DNA of 64,000 nucleotides from Gordius albopunctatus (Eukaryota): NCBI GenBank assembly GCA_964276515.1, contig OZ193910.1, positions 2,604,001 to 2,668,000 of the forward strand, read 5' to 3'. Shown piece by piece: positions 25,714 to 38,828 of this stretch (position 1 is its first letter; each line of letters starts with the position of its first letter). The notes under the pieces were generated by a model. It saw only the letters and a program-made list of their open reading frames with translations, ran no database searches and was not told where the DNA came from. The position numbers and the translations under genes were made by a program.

Positions 25714-26736
25714 ATGAAAAGACTCGCCTCAAATCTAATATTCTTAGGATCATTCATGATCAATTGTATTACCAAGTAAGATGAAAATTTTTTATACAAT
25801 GCTGCCTATGATTGATTCATTTGTCATTTTTAAAAGTTTTAAATATAATGTAAGTTTGATGCATCAATAAAAACCTGTTATGTTGAAAGTAAGACCCTTT
25901 TTTCTTTAAGTATAATAGGTTAAGCATCTCTAAAGCTCACCAATATTTTATGGGACAATACAATATACTGATAATAATTAAAGTTCTAAACATCATAAAA
26001 TATTATAAGTTTGGCAAATGGCAATATCTTTTACTAAAATTATAAAGAAATATTTTAAAAGTAAATTTGAAAATTAATTATATTAGAGTGCCTGGACTTG
26101 AGTGTCCTTGTCGAATGCAAGATATAAGATGTGATACTGATCCACCAACAGATTGCGAAGGTGGTCTAGTTGTAGATGCTTGTAGGTGTTGTCTAGTTTG
26201 TGGAAAGGTTTACACAAAAAATATACACCGATTGACACATCTTAAATATTCAATTCGCCCATTTATTTTTGGATATTTTTTAGGTTGTTTGTTAAGCCAA
26301 TTTTAACATCTAGGTCTAGGATGTGTTGAAAAATTATTTTAATAAAAAAGTTTGTTAACGATTTTTAGAATTTGAATGTATTAAACTTGTTTAATAATCG
26401 TGGTAGATTAAAGGTGAAGTTTGTGGTGGCCCATCTTTTCAGTCATGCGGTGTGGGTTTGATTTGTAATATCAGTCAAGAAGAAGGAGTTTGCATACCCG
26501 GACTACCTAGGGTTTATAATGAGAATAAAAAAATATTTTATAAGTGTAAGAAAGGTGTATTTAAATCAATCGTGTTTAATTAAATTTAGAAAATTGGGGA
26601 GACTTGCGGTCCTAGACAACAAGGCGAATGCGAATACGGTCTCTATTGTGATCAGCCAAGCCTAGGCGATGTTGGAATTTGTAAAAATAAAGAAATACGA
26701 TTTCCTATGAATTGGTTCAACATCACTAGTTATTAA
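25714..26736 (+). CDS. Small secreted cysteine-rich IGFBP-domain protein, copy 1
   Basis: Exons 25714-25775 (signal-peptide-like MKRLASNLIFLGSFMINCIT), 26087-26207 (CPC...DCEGGLVVDACRCCLVCGK), 26407-26511 (GEVCGG...CGVGLIC...GVC) and 26590-26736 (GETCG...CEYGLYC...GIC). All introns are GT-AG and the frame is open. Confidence 0.85.
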
Positions 26737-27437
26737 AGTCATTTAATGCTTTAGGACTTTCTAAAAATGTTTTGATTTTATCTAAAAGGTGTCAACAAAT
26801 AAATTACCGCGTATACTCTAGATGGATGCGTATAAAGATGTATTAAATTTATTGCGTCTTTCTTGTTTATGCGACAAAAGTTATTAAAAGGTTATAATCT
26901 CTGTTAAATATAAAAAAGGATAACCACAATTTTTCTCACAATTAAATAAAAAAATATAGTTTAAAAATTCGAATCGTTTTTATTGTATATTATTTTAAAC
27001 ACAACAGCCTTATATTGGGACTAACATTCAATTAAGCCATATAGATTTAGTTTTAATTAGTCTTGCTAACAGGATGTTTTTGGGCTTCTTTAACACCCTC
27101 GACAATTCCCGATAATTTATCCGTGAAGAACATCGAATATGAGGGTAAAAATCTTCTAAAATATGTAAAGCGAGTTCTCTGTTAAATGCCCGACTAATAT
27201 TATATAAGCCAAAATGATTACTAGTAGTACCAAATTACAAGCTATTAGTTAACATAACACTAAATATGATTGTTATATATTATTACGCGAGTGCTACGAT
27301 GATAATATAATATATTACGAAATGGGGGATATTGGTTTGGGTTTACATAAAAATAAGATTCTTATTGCGATATAAAAATCCTCACATGGATTCGGTTTCG
27401 CGGGGAAAAGGGGCTTAAATGTAATAATATCTCCCTC

Positions 27438-28205
27438 CCTGAAAAGGGCCGTTGGGTGTTGTTTGAGAGTAAGCTATTAGGCTTTGGTCTCAGATTTCTT
27501 GGGCAGGAGAATGCTTTGTGTTGTAGTTGTGGCTTAATGCTTACGCAAATGAGCTAGAAATCATAGCGTATCTTGCCAACTAAAATTAGTTATGTGAATA
27601 ATGGGCACTAATGATAACCAGACGAATATGTAAAAAGTAGGCCTCAAATTAGTGGAGATGTGCAGTACATCGAACTGTCGGGAAGCATCCCTCATGCAAA
27701 TGAGAAGAGCATCGACAAGGTTGAAATAACGAGAATTTGACCATGATATAATCAGTTATTTAATTTGTTATTTTAGTCCTGCGGGAGTAGATATTTAGTT
27801 TTCTATTCGGAACGGTAGTCCTGCGGGGGGGGGGGTATGTTTATTTCTTATTTTAGACATACGGTCCAGCGGCAATTATCTAACAAGAGGCAGACGTTCC
27901 TTAATCCGATTCGTTCCTTTGCCGGTATACGTTACTCATTCCAGACTATGGATTGTACGGATTAATCTTTCCGGCCATCGTTCAACATTTACCTTATCCG
28001 ATCGATATATTATATTTTAATTATTTACTACGACAAGTGTACATATTATATCTATTTGTAAATAAAAGGATTTGCGGACCATATTACTTTGAATATTGGC
28101 TAAAACGCCACCTTGAGCGATGGTTACGCCCGAGAGCAATTTATTCAACTTTTCATCGCTCCTGAGAGCCAACTGTAAGTGACGAGGGATGATCCTGGTC
28201 ACAAT
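27438..28205 (-). pseudogene. H2A: 5'-truncated replication-dependent histone H2A pseudogene interrupted by an insertion
   Basis: [37 protein letters not shown] (28205-28090) continues as SILLPKKSETKA* (~27515-27477), followed by a damaged histone stem-loop ggcccttttcaggg. Confidence 0.88.
27519..28086. mobile_element. Probable solo LTR (568 bp) inside the H2A pseudogene
   Basis: 5-bp TSD ctttg at 27514-27518 and 28087-28091. Ends are tgttg...atatta (TG..CA with one change). Confidence 0.6.
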
Positions 28206-28651
28206 TTGCGCGATCGTGTATGAATAATATAAGGGGAGAGGAAACATGACGTGAAAAGGTGCCCTATCAACTCGCCCAAAACAATCTTGCCGAATTCACC
28301 CTGGAACATTAATTATTTTCTCCGCATTACCATAAAGAAGGCCCTAAATGGAGTACCTTTTATAATAATTATCATATTTAATATAAAAAATACCTAAATT
28401 TTAACTTTAATCCGAAATTGGATAATTAATATGCATTTTTGTTGGGTGACATTTTCTAAATGGGGGAGACAATATGGTTTTCGGCAAGTTGACGGGCCAC
28501 CCCATGAAAATAAGCGATTAAAATAGAGCAATAAAGGAGAGAGGTAAAAAAGCTAAGATAGAAGTAGAACGCGACCATATGGCGTGGAAGGACGACATAA
28601 ACACCACAAATTGAAATTTCGTTTTTTGGGAAGATTTAATTTTATTCGTTA

Positions 28652-29767
28652 CTAGCTGTGCCCGGCCAAGCGTTGCTTTGGCTCAGTCCTTAAGTGGTTA
28701 AATAAGTATAACCTATTAATAAGACTACTTATCTAAAATGGGGTCATGTTTGAAATAATATTTCAAATAAATAAAATATCCATGATATTTATTTAGAGCA
28801 CGAATTTTATCACGTCATGAATTTTATGAACCCACTATTTTTAGTATATATATAATAAGACAAACCAAATGCGAATTCTGTTTTAGTCATTAAATCCGAC
28901 TAAAATTAAATGTTTTTGAAAAAATTGCTGATCAATGCTGTTACTTATTATACAATAATACCATTATTTTATTTTTCTAGTTAGCTGATTTATTTGAAAT
29001 ACAATTTTCTTTAATATAATAAAATATTTAATTGAAGGATGGATAATTATTAAAAATATGCTTCTATGATCGACCACGTGATAATAATTTAAATATTATT
29101 TATTTAATTTAAATAGTTGATTAAACCCCAATAATTTTGACCGTAGACTGTAACATTTTTATTATACTTTTAAATATCTAATTCGAGAAAACTTCAGCCT
29201 TGTGTGTATGACGTTATTATTGTATATGATGCTATAAATGAAACTGGCCAGGAAATGTCCGATATTTTTTAAATGAAAAGGTATTTTAGGAATCTGAAAA
29301 AGCTATTTTACCCATGGCCGCCCTGGGAACCTATGGGTAAAGTTTCGAGCGAATTGGGCAGGTAGTTTCAGAATTTATCTCTTTTTTAAAACTAAAAGGA
29401 ATTTTAGGATTCTGAAAAAGCTATTAATTTAAATTTTATTTATTTAATTTAAATAGTTGATTAACCCCCAATAATTTTGACCGTATACTGTAACATTTTT
29501 ATTATACTTTTAAATATCTAATTCGAGAAAACTTCAGCCTTGTATGTATGACGTCATTATTGTATATGCTGCTATAAATTAAACTGGCCGGGAAATGTCC
29601 GATATTTTTAAAACTAAAAGGAATTTTAGGATTCTGAAAAAGCTATTTTACCCCTGGCCGCCATGGGAACCTACGGGTAAAGTTTCGCGCGAATCGGCCC
29701 GGTAGTTTCAGAATTTAGCCCTTACATACACACATACATAGACTTTACTTTATTTTATATATATAGA
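28652..29767 (-). mobile_element. Non-autonomous Helitron with an internal ~340-bp tandem duplication
   Basis: 5' TCTATATAT end and 3' hairpin ccaaagcaacgcttgg...CTAG, inserted at A|T. ~29090-29430 is repeated at ~29430-29720. Confidence 0.88.
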
Positions 29768-30863
29768 TTAGTCATTTGCTGGTTATATACATTAGGCATC
29801 AATAGAGCACAGATCGAAATGTTACTCGTAATTAATCCTGTACTTAAAAATGTTGCTTTCATTTTTGCCCGGTGCCACATTTTGTATCAACTATCATGTC
29901 CGTTGTCTGACTCCAAAACATTATACTACTTGCAATCATTGACATTGACTAATAGACTGCTCATTCTCTTTTAAAAAGTTTTCCCCATTTTGGCAGCCAT
30001 TTTGAAAAGTGAAACATGAATTTTGGCCAATTTATATGGTTTGATGTATTTTGAAAATCGCTATAATGATTAAAATGGGTTGTTTCATGTATAAGGTCAA
30101 TGATTCTTTTCCAATACAATCCATCGCTATACAAACTCTACTTCACTCATCAAAATGGCGGTCGTTTTTGGCAACGCTTTTGACGCGTGAATATATAAGA
30201 GATGAGCAGTCTATTAGTCTATGCTTGCAATTGTAAAATTAGATTAAAGCCTCAAATATAATTGGTTATATATTTTGTGTTTCTTTCATTTAACTGCTTT
30301 AATCCTATAATCGCCTTTAGCCAAATATTCCGCGCTCATAAAACAAAAATCAAGAGACATACATGCAATTTTTTTACTATACGATAGGAATGTATTATAT
30401 AAAAATTGAATTTATAACGAGATATTCACCTTTGATTGAATTCACTATGGGCTTGGCACCAATTTGTAATAATTTACAACCATAAATTTTTCGCCATCAA
30501 ACTCCTCGTGAGCAAAGTCACCCTTATCATTTCTCTATTGTGGAAATGAGCACAGCAAGTGGTTCAACTTTGCGGTATTTTAGCATTAAGTTTAAATTTC
30601 CCAAAGCTTATATTCATTTTGCTACAATTGATTTATGGTCTATATATATATAAAGACCATCACGGCAACGCCTTAAACTTACTATTACCGCTAAAGCCTC
30701 TTTTCAATTAAAAATTAAGTTTTGTTTTGAAAAATATTTGTGAAAAGTAGTTTAGGAGCCCTACTCCTTTCCAATTATATCCAATCAGCCAACGCCTAGT
30801 TAGGACGCATTCACAGCTAATGATATGAGCATGTTAGAATAAGCCCCTTTATAATCTTTCTTC

Positions 30864-31540
30864 TTGATTTTTGGTTCGCTATACGAATCTAACATTGTCC
30901 GCTGTCAAATCGATGACTGGTGTTTAAGCAGCAGGAAAGAATTCAAATATCTTGTTTCTAGCGTACAATGTGATGGAGGTGTGGAAAACGAAATTAAGGC
31001 AAGAATAAACGCTGACTGTCTAAAATTCAGGGAGTTGAGTGGTGTCCTATGTGACAAGCACATACCACTCAAATTGAAAGAAGGAGGGTTATATAACACA
31101 GTTATTGTACTCACGCTATTGTATAGAGCGGAAACCTGAGCAATTAAGGCAAAAGAGGAGCAAGGCTTATCTACAACGGAGATGCGAATGTTGAGATGGA
31201 TCTTGGGAATAAGCGAAAAGGACAATATAAGGAATCAAGAAATAAGGAATAAACGATAGTAGTTCCGATTCAGAGAAAGTTGGTGGTAAGAAGATTGAGA
31301 TGGTATGGCCATTTAGAGAGACGGGAGGAAAGTCACTTGGCAAATCGTATCAAGAAAGTGCAAGTCGCATGTAAGCGAAAGAGAGGGAGGCCTAAACTGA
31401 CATGGAAGCATAAAATTGATATGGACTTGAAAAGGTACGAGCTAAAGTGAAGCTGGTGTAAGTGCAGGAATACATGAAGAACCTACTTGAAGGAGCTGAC
31501 CACTAAATGTGACAAACAGCTATAGTAAAAAAAGGAGAGC
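30864..31540 (+). mobile_element. 5'-truncated RTE retrotransposon (RT C-terminus and tail)
   Basis: FKYL...ENEIKARINA..KFRELSGVLCDKHIPLKLK...[22 protein letters not shown] and RGRPK. Confidence 0.85.
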
Positions 31541-32510
31541 AAACTAATTTATTTTCTACAGAATTTTTAAACGGCTTGGGGTCATTATTACTCCACCCGA
31601 CCTACGAAGTGTTAAAAATGATTTAAAATACCAATAAGTAAACAAAAAATAAATTTGACATAATAATTTTATAATAATCTTAAATCCTTTTCCCGATATA
31701 TTTATTTTAAACCTGTAGTAAATAAAAATAATATAATTTTTTCGAATATATGTGAAGAAGGAATGAATTCAAGAACGATTAATTTAAGAGGAGCCATTAC
31801 AATCAACTCTTTTTTAAAAGGAGAGATTACAGGTGGCGAGAGCAATATAACAATTCGAATCAGGAAATACAAAATTAATATCACCGCACAAGGAATAACG
31901 AAATATAAAATAATACATTTATCGAAATATTACACAAAGGTAATCTCACAATCTTTCAACCCTCAACAATTTTGTAGACATTTTTGTTTTATAAAATTGG
32001 ATAAATAGCTAAATTTAATGTTTAAGATAAAGAAATTGATTTAAACATAGTATGCATGCATTGCGGAGTAATTGTCAATCACCACACAAGTCCTATTATG
32101 TAAATCTAAAGTGTCTTATTCTTTCAGTGCATTTGCTGCCAAGTTTGTAAAGAGAATCTTTAAACTTATTTAAAAATAAAAGGCGTTCCCATTATTTGAT
32201 CAAATTAATTTAATTTCAACTAGCATAATATTGGTATTAATTGTAATATAATTATTTAAGCCCTCTAACAAAGTTGTCAATTTAATTTAGTCACTATACT
32301 ATTTGACTGTCCAGATTGGTTACCATGACTAAGGACAAATACTGAATACGGAACTCACCCTTCAAAGGTTGTCTACATATAAATCTTGTTAGTATAAAGG
32401 GCGTGAATCAATTTAGCAAACCTTATATATTCAAGATATGCTAAATGACGTCACAAATGCTTTGAGGCTTATTTGAATTGCTGAGAAATAAACGATTAAA
32501 TTTATAAATT

Positions 32511-33958
32511 ATGAAAATACTCGCCTCAAATCTAATAGTCTTAGGATCATTCTTGATCAATTGTATAACCAAGTAAGATGATTATTATTGATACAACTTT
32601 GTGTATAACATAACTTTCGATTGAATTATTTGCCATATTTTCAGGTGCAATATTAAAGGTTTTAAATATAATGTAAGTTAGATATATAACTAACTAGGAT
32701 TGAAAGTAAAACCCTTTTTCCTTTAAATTTAAATGGTTAAGCATCTTCAAAACTTACCACAAAATTATGGGACAATACATTATATTGATTACTAAAGTTT
32801 AAATAGTATAAAATATTATAATAAGTATGGTAAATGGCGACATCTTTTACCAAAATTTATAGAAAAATTTATTTTTAAAATAAAATTTGTAAATAATTAT
32901 ATTAGAGTGTCGGGATTTGAGTGTCCTTGTCGAATGCAAGATATAAGATGTGATACTGATCCACCAACAGATTGCGAAGGTGGTCTAGTTTTTGATGCTT
33001 GTGGGTGTTGTCAAGTTTGTGGAAAGGTAAGCCATGTAGTATCAGTTGTTTTTTTTGGAATAAATCGATAGAAGTTTGTTTCCAAATAATTATGTATGTT
33101 ATATGCTAAAATATATAAAATTAATAAACTGGCATCGAGCCATGGATTGAGATTGTATTAGATTTCACGATTTCCATGCTGATTTTCTGCTTGATGTAGA
33201 AAAATTATTTGGGATCGTGTGTGATGGAGGTTATAAATTTTGATGTTTGTTTAAGGAATTGGCTGCCCTCGGGACCTAAATTACCGAGGGTCGTGGCTAC
33301 TACTGGTAAAAAAATAATATTGCTGAGATATTTGTATTTTTTCACTTTCTTTCTCTCAGTAGAAGAGATGAGGTCGGGAGAGGCGTTAGATTTGGCAAAT
33401 ATATCCACTGCAGTGAAGTCCCAGCAGGCGTTTAGGTTGACAAATTTTAAATATTTAAAAATACTAAATCCGCCCAGTTTTTTTTTGATTTTCAACAAAT
33501 TGCCATTAATAATGACTTGGTTAAGACAATTTAAAAATTTAAGATGTATTAAAAAATAGTTAAATAGAAAAGTTTGTTTACAATTTTTTAAATTTGAGTG
33601 TATTTTATCCTTTGTTTAAAATATGAATTTTGGATCGCGATAGATTATAGGTGAAGTTTGTGGTGGCCCATTTTTTCAATTTTGCGACGAAGGATTGATT
33701 TGTAAGCAACCACCTGATGCTGAGATGACTCAAGAAGAAGGAGTTTGCATAGCCGGACGACCTAGGGTTTATAAAAAGAAGCTAAAAAATCGTTCTTTTT
33801 TAATCAATCGTGTTTAATTGAATTAAATTTAGAAAGTTGGGGAAACTTGCGGTCCTAGACAACAAGGCAAATGCAAGCACGGTCTCTATTGTGATCAGAT
33901 AAGTCCAGGCAATGTCGGAACTTGTAAAAAGAAAGAACTTCGCCTTCATATGAATTAA
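32511..33958 (+). CDS. Small secreted cysteine-rich IGFBP-domain protein, copy 2
   Basis: Exons 32511-32572, 32906-33026, 33644-33766 and 33833-33958, the same structure as copy 1. Carries the IGFBP motif ACGCCQVC; the frame is open. Confidence 0.85.
33050..33432 (-). mobile_element. CRE-like 3' fragment inserted in intron 2 of IGFBP copy 2
   Basis: ACWDFTAVDIFAKS...ERKKVKKY...FLPVVATTLGNLG; absent from the copy-1 intron. Confidence 0.75.
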
Positions 33959-35809
33959 ATCAACCATCGCAAGTTATTATAGTGATTTAATGCTTTAAGA
34001 CTTTGTAAAAATGTTTTTATTTTATATAATGTGTCAACAAATAAATTATCGCCTATTAGTGTGAATGTCATTGCATGCACCAAAAACGATGGGTTTTCGC
34101 CTATAATCTAAATAGGTATGTCTAAAGATGTGTTATCTTTCTTGATTATAAGGTAGAAGTTTGCATAAAATAATATAATCTCTACCAGTTCAGTTATAAA
34201 ATACGGGAAATTCCCTGCCCCTGGCAAAAATTTTAAAAGTTTTTTCATTAATAACTAAATTAAATGGGTTAAAATAGTATAGTTTAGTTACATCAAAGAC
34301 TTTAAGATATGTATAAAAACCTAGAGACATAATATATACATTTAATTTTTTTAATTTAATTTTTGACAAAATGCATTGTAAAATTTCCGAATAGGATTGT
34401 GAAAATTTGTATGAAAAATGAACTAGCTTAAACATTTATTTCCGATGAAAACACCAGACTGCTCCGGAGGTAGATAACTAAGCGATTTTAATACTTTTAT
34501 CATTCATCATATTTGTCTAAAATTTTCTGCTAGAACGCATCACGGCTTTATAACTAAATTGCCTGCCAAAACCCTTTAATTGCCCAATTCACCAAATTAA
34601 TTTTGTCCTATTTTCAAACATTCTTAATCTAATTCTAGAATTTCTATAAATAGAAAGGCGACAAAAAATAGTAAACTATTTAATAAATTTCATTATGGTG
34701 CCCACCCATACTTCAAAATCTCAATTTAGAATGTTAACCTGCCCGACCCCTTAGCTGAGTGGGCCCAGTACCGAGCCCGAATCTTTGTGATTCACCCACG
34801 TCGCTTTCCCAAGTGAAAGGTTGTTGTACACAAATCAAGTCATCAGCACAAGCTATAGAACATCCGCCACAATTGCTATTTAGTCGCTATTAACGTCTCA
34901 TTAGATTTAAGATACTTTTTTCATCGGGTAAAAGATAAAAATAGAAATCGTTTAATCCAACACGATATCAATGCCATTCGTTTAGTTATAGCGCATTTTT
35001 ATAGTTTTTTTTAGTTGTAACTTGTAACTTTTTTTATACCATTCTAATAAATAATATTATTTAAAAAAATTAAAATTTCTATTTGACCTCCTTTAAAGTC
35101 GCTCAACAAGTCACTTGTAAAAAGTTATATGGGCTATTTATTCTTGTTAAAGATCATTTAAATGGTGAATTAATGTATGGTTTTCGTTGACGACAACCAA
35201 AATAATCGAATACTAATCCCTTTGCACTTTGATGGCGGATCCGTGTAATGGCAGTTAGAGTCACACTCATAGTCGATCCAACCACCATTTTCAGAATTTA
35301 TTCTAAATATAAAGTTATCTTTTATTTAATAAAAAAAATAAATGTCCTGCTATACTTCTCATAATTATGATAAAATTTACCTCAAAATTTTTGATTAGTT
35401 TTAAAGACTTTTAACAATTTTTAATTAAAGTGATAAAAGTTCCTACTTACGTATTAACCTAGGGCAAGTTTCGATGACTAATATAACTAACACACCTCAA
35501 TTTAAAGATAATAAATTGAAAATTAAAAAAAACTTCTTTTCCTTATACTTTAACTGTCGAAATATATGTTGTAAGCAGAAGCAGAATGGTTTAATTAATT
35601 TGTTTATTTATTACATTCCTAAACAATTTTTCATAAAGAATAATCCGAAGACTATTAACTTTAAGGCGAGTAATTTTTTGCATATTTTAAAAAGATTTTC
35701 TTGGCAAATCAAGTAAACTTTAAAGCAATTTTTACGTCATCTACGATGAACATCTTGCAAATATCATGTTTGTTCAATTAATTTGCGCCCTTCATACATT
35801 CAATAATGG

Positions 35810-36835
35810 GGTGAGAATGGCTCAAGGTGATAGGGCCGTTGAACAAGTGGTTTGGCTTGTGCTAAAAATTCCAATGTAGTGGACCACAGGAAGAGGGTGG
35901 AAAGGATTTTGGCGGAGCGGGTAGAAGTCCCTTAAGGATGCCATGGGCTCTAAAGTCTACCTCCCCGGGGCCGAAATAGACGGACTATCGGTAGTAAAGA
36001 CTTGTTCAACGGCCCTATCACCTTGAGCCATTCCCACGGACGTGATATAGAGGGGTAAAGTTAATTTATTATTCTCAATAATAACTTCTACCTTAACTTT
36101 ACCTATTACTGCAATCTCTGACCCATCCACTTGCCTTATTTTAATATTCGGTTTTTCCCAGGGTCTATTAGGCCACAATTTTTTAAATTTGGTTACACCC
36201 ATCATGCTTATGGTCGCACCCGTATCCATCAAAAATTCTACCTCCTTATTATCCACCCCTAAACAAACTAACGGACTTTTATTTAAATACCACCCTCACA
36301 TTAATCGTGCCAAGCTTAACCTACTATCCTCCTTATATTCACCAGGAGCGTTTACTACATCATTCCTCGCTTCCCTGATTTTTAAAGGCAAGCATACCGA
36401 GGAGGGCTTGCTATCCACTGTAAGGTTTGTTATTGAGGTTGGCAGGGACATTAGAGTAAGGGGTTTTGGTATATGTAGTAGGCAAGGGGAGGTTGGAACC
36501 TGCATTAGGGGAGGGGATATTGTGCTAATGATTTTGGGAGGGGGTTTTGGGACATTTACTGGGGAATGGACTGGGCTAAATAAATTTTTTAGATGTTTAT
36601 TTACAGGTGTAGCAGCCCTCCTTAGTTGCTACCCTTCTCTCCTTTCCCGCACTTACAACTACATGTGCTTGTGCCCGGTTCTTCTCCTCTAAACAACTGT
36701 CTATCACTCATAAAATTATTGCCACCTCGGGGCCTTCTTTGCCATACCCTTCGCCTTTCTCTCGGGCAATTCCTTCTGATATGTCCTACCACATCACAGC
36801 CAAAACACCTAGACCCTTACCCTAACTCAAGAGCC
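35810..36835 (-). mobile_element. Gypsy gag zinc knuckle + aspartic protease fragment
   Basis: CFGCDVVGHIRRNCP (CCHC) at ~36770-36810 and VEFLMDTGATISMM (protease). Confidence 0.8.
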
Positions 36836-37123
36836 CCCAATGATCTCATTATTTTTCTTATAAGCCATAATAAAACAAATATTACCAAAATCAAAATAAC
36901 TAAAACAATTTTTTCGAGTAAACAATTAAATATTATGGTAATGTCAAATGTAGGAGCTTTTGGTCCAAACATTTTAAAAAGTACCAACTAAACAAAAACC
37001 AATGAAGATAACAGTAGTTTAATCAATGCAATGCAATATGAAGAACTTTAAAAGAGCAAATGAAACACAATATTAAAGCGAGAAAATCCATAAACATGTA
37101 ATTATTCATATCATATATGTGTG

Positions 37124-38828
37124 ACTAAATATTATCACTCCTTTAACTCAAATAATTGTTATAATGAAATACTACTAAAAGATATTACAATCTAATCAAT
37201 TATAAAAGCAATCACTTACCACAGCCATTTTGTAGATTGTTTGAAAGTATATTTTTGTTGTTCCCAATGTTTTCTTTTCGTATTTCCCAAAAATAATTTT
37301 CTTCTGACACCAGTATTTAATCTAGTCTTCCTTGAGGGCTTTATAGTTTTATTCTGAGTATATCGCCGAACAATATTAAAGATGATTTCGCTGAACAAAA
37401 ATTATAATCATAATCTCGATCCTGCGGTAGATCAGGTTATACAATACAAAAGATAAGGTGATATCCCCGTCATTTTCCCAAAATACAATGGGACAAAATA
37501 CAAATAGCTTGAAACGGCCTCAAGATCTTGAAACTGTACACGTCAATCATCGAAGCGACAAATTTCATTTTTGCACATTCCCACGCATTTTAAACAATGA
37601 CATTAATATATAAAGTTTTTGAGTTTCAATATCATAAAACCAACCAAGGCAAAAATGGTCAGATTTATCTGAAATGTCGCATTAAAAATGTGGCGCATGT
37701 GGGACCTATAATAATGGGATTTTCCATCTAACACGTGAACATACAGATATTCTTCATAGTAATTTTGCTATACATACCATATAGTTTTTTAGGTTATCCT
37801 ACATCTACTGCTATAGAAATTAATTCAATTCAAACAGCACATTCTGATACTCTTCCTAGTACTGCTATAGCAATTAATTCAATCCAAACATTATCTTATT
37901 CAGATATTTCTTGTAGTAATTTTGCTATACATACCTTCTTATAACCACAATTATGTATATCTAGGTTACCATTGCAGACCCTAAATATGCAATCAATTTC
38001 TTGCAAGTTAATCAAGGTATGTATAGAAAATTACTATGAGGAATATCTGAATAAGATAATGTTTTGATTGAATTAATTTCTATAGCAGTACTAGGAAGAA
38101 TATCAGAATGTGCTGTTTGAATTGAATTAATTTCTATAGCAGTAGATGTAGGATAACCTAAATAAACTATATGGTATGTATAGCAAAATTACTATGAAGA
38201 ATATCTGTATGTTCACGTGTTAGATGGAAAATCCCATTATTATAGGTCCCACATGTGCCACATTTTTTAATGCGACATTTCAGATAAATCTGACCTTTTT
38301 TGCCTTGGTTGGTTTTATGATATTGAAACTCAAAAACTTTATAAATTAATGTCATTGTTTAAAATGCATGAAAATGTGCAAAAATTAAATTTGTCGCTTT
38401 GATGATTCACGTGTACAGTTTCAAGATCTTGAGGCCGTTTCAAGCTATTTGTATTTTGTCCCATTGTATTTTGGGAAAATGCCGGGGATATCACCTTATC
38501 TTTTGTATTGTATAACCTGATCTACCGCAGGATCGAGATTATGATTATAATTTTTGTTCAGCGAAATCATCTTTAATATTGTTCGGCGATATACTCAGAA
38601 TAAAACTATAAAGCCCTCAAGGAAGACTAGATTAAATACTGGTGTCAGAAGAAAATTATTTTTGGGAAATACGAAAAGAAAACATTGGGAACAACAAAAA
38701 TATACTTTCAGACAATCTACAAAATGGCTGTGGTAAGTGATTGCTTTTACAATTGATTAGATTGTAATATCTTTTAGTAGTATTTCATTATAACAATTAT
38801 TTCAGTTAAAGGAGTGATAATATTTAGT
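37124..38828. repeat. Long inverted repeat (arms ~37124-37937 and ~38014-38828, 76-nt spacer) carrying FLYWCH-like coding remnants
   Basis: The arms are near-identical reverse complements; near-identical 60-aa ORFs appear on opposite strands in the ORF track. LIYKVFEF...YLKCRIKKCG...HLTREH resembles a FLYWCH zinc finger. Confidence 0.92.

Noticed and set aside
27519..28086. Intron in H2A
   Set aside because: The available GT/AG pair would frameshift the protein; a 5-bp TSD explains the junctions better.
34800..34850. Hammerhead ribozyme (CUGAUGA on the minus strand)
   Set aside because: No stem II or GAAA core geometry is compatible with a hammerhead. The same applies to the other CTGATGA hits seen.
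36189..36991. Plus-strand ORFs of 167 and 121 aa
   Set aside because: They are antisense shadows of the Gypsy gag/protease on the minus strand.
37216..38736. Two near-identical 60-aa ORFs as a gene pair
   Set aside because: They are a by-product of the inverted repeat, start at TTG and have no recognisable domain.
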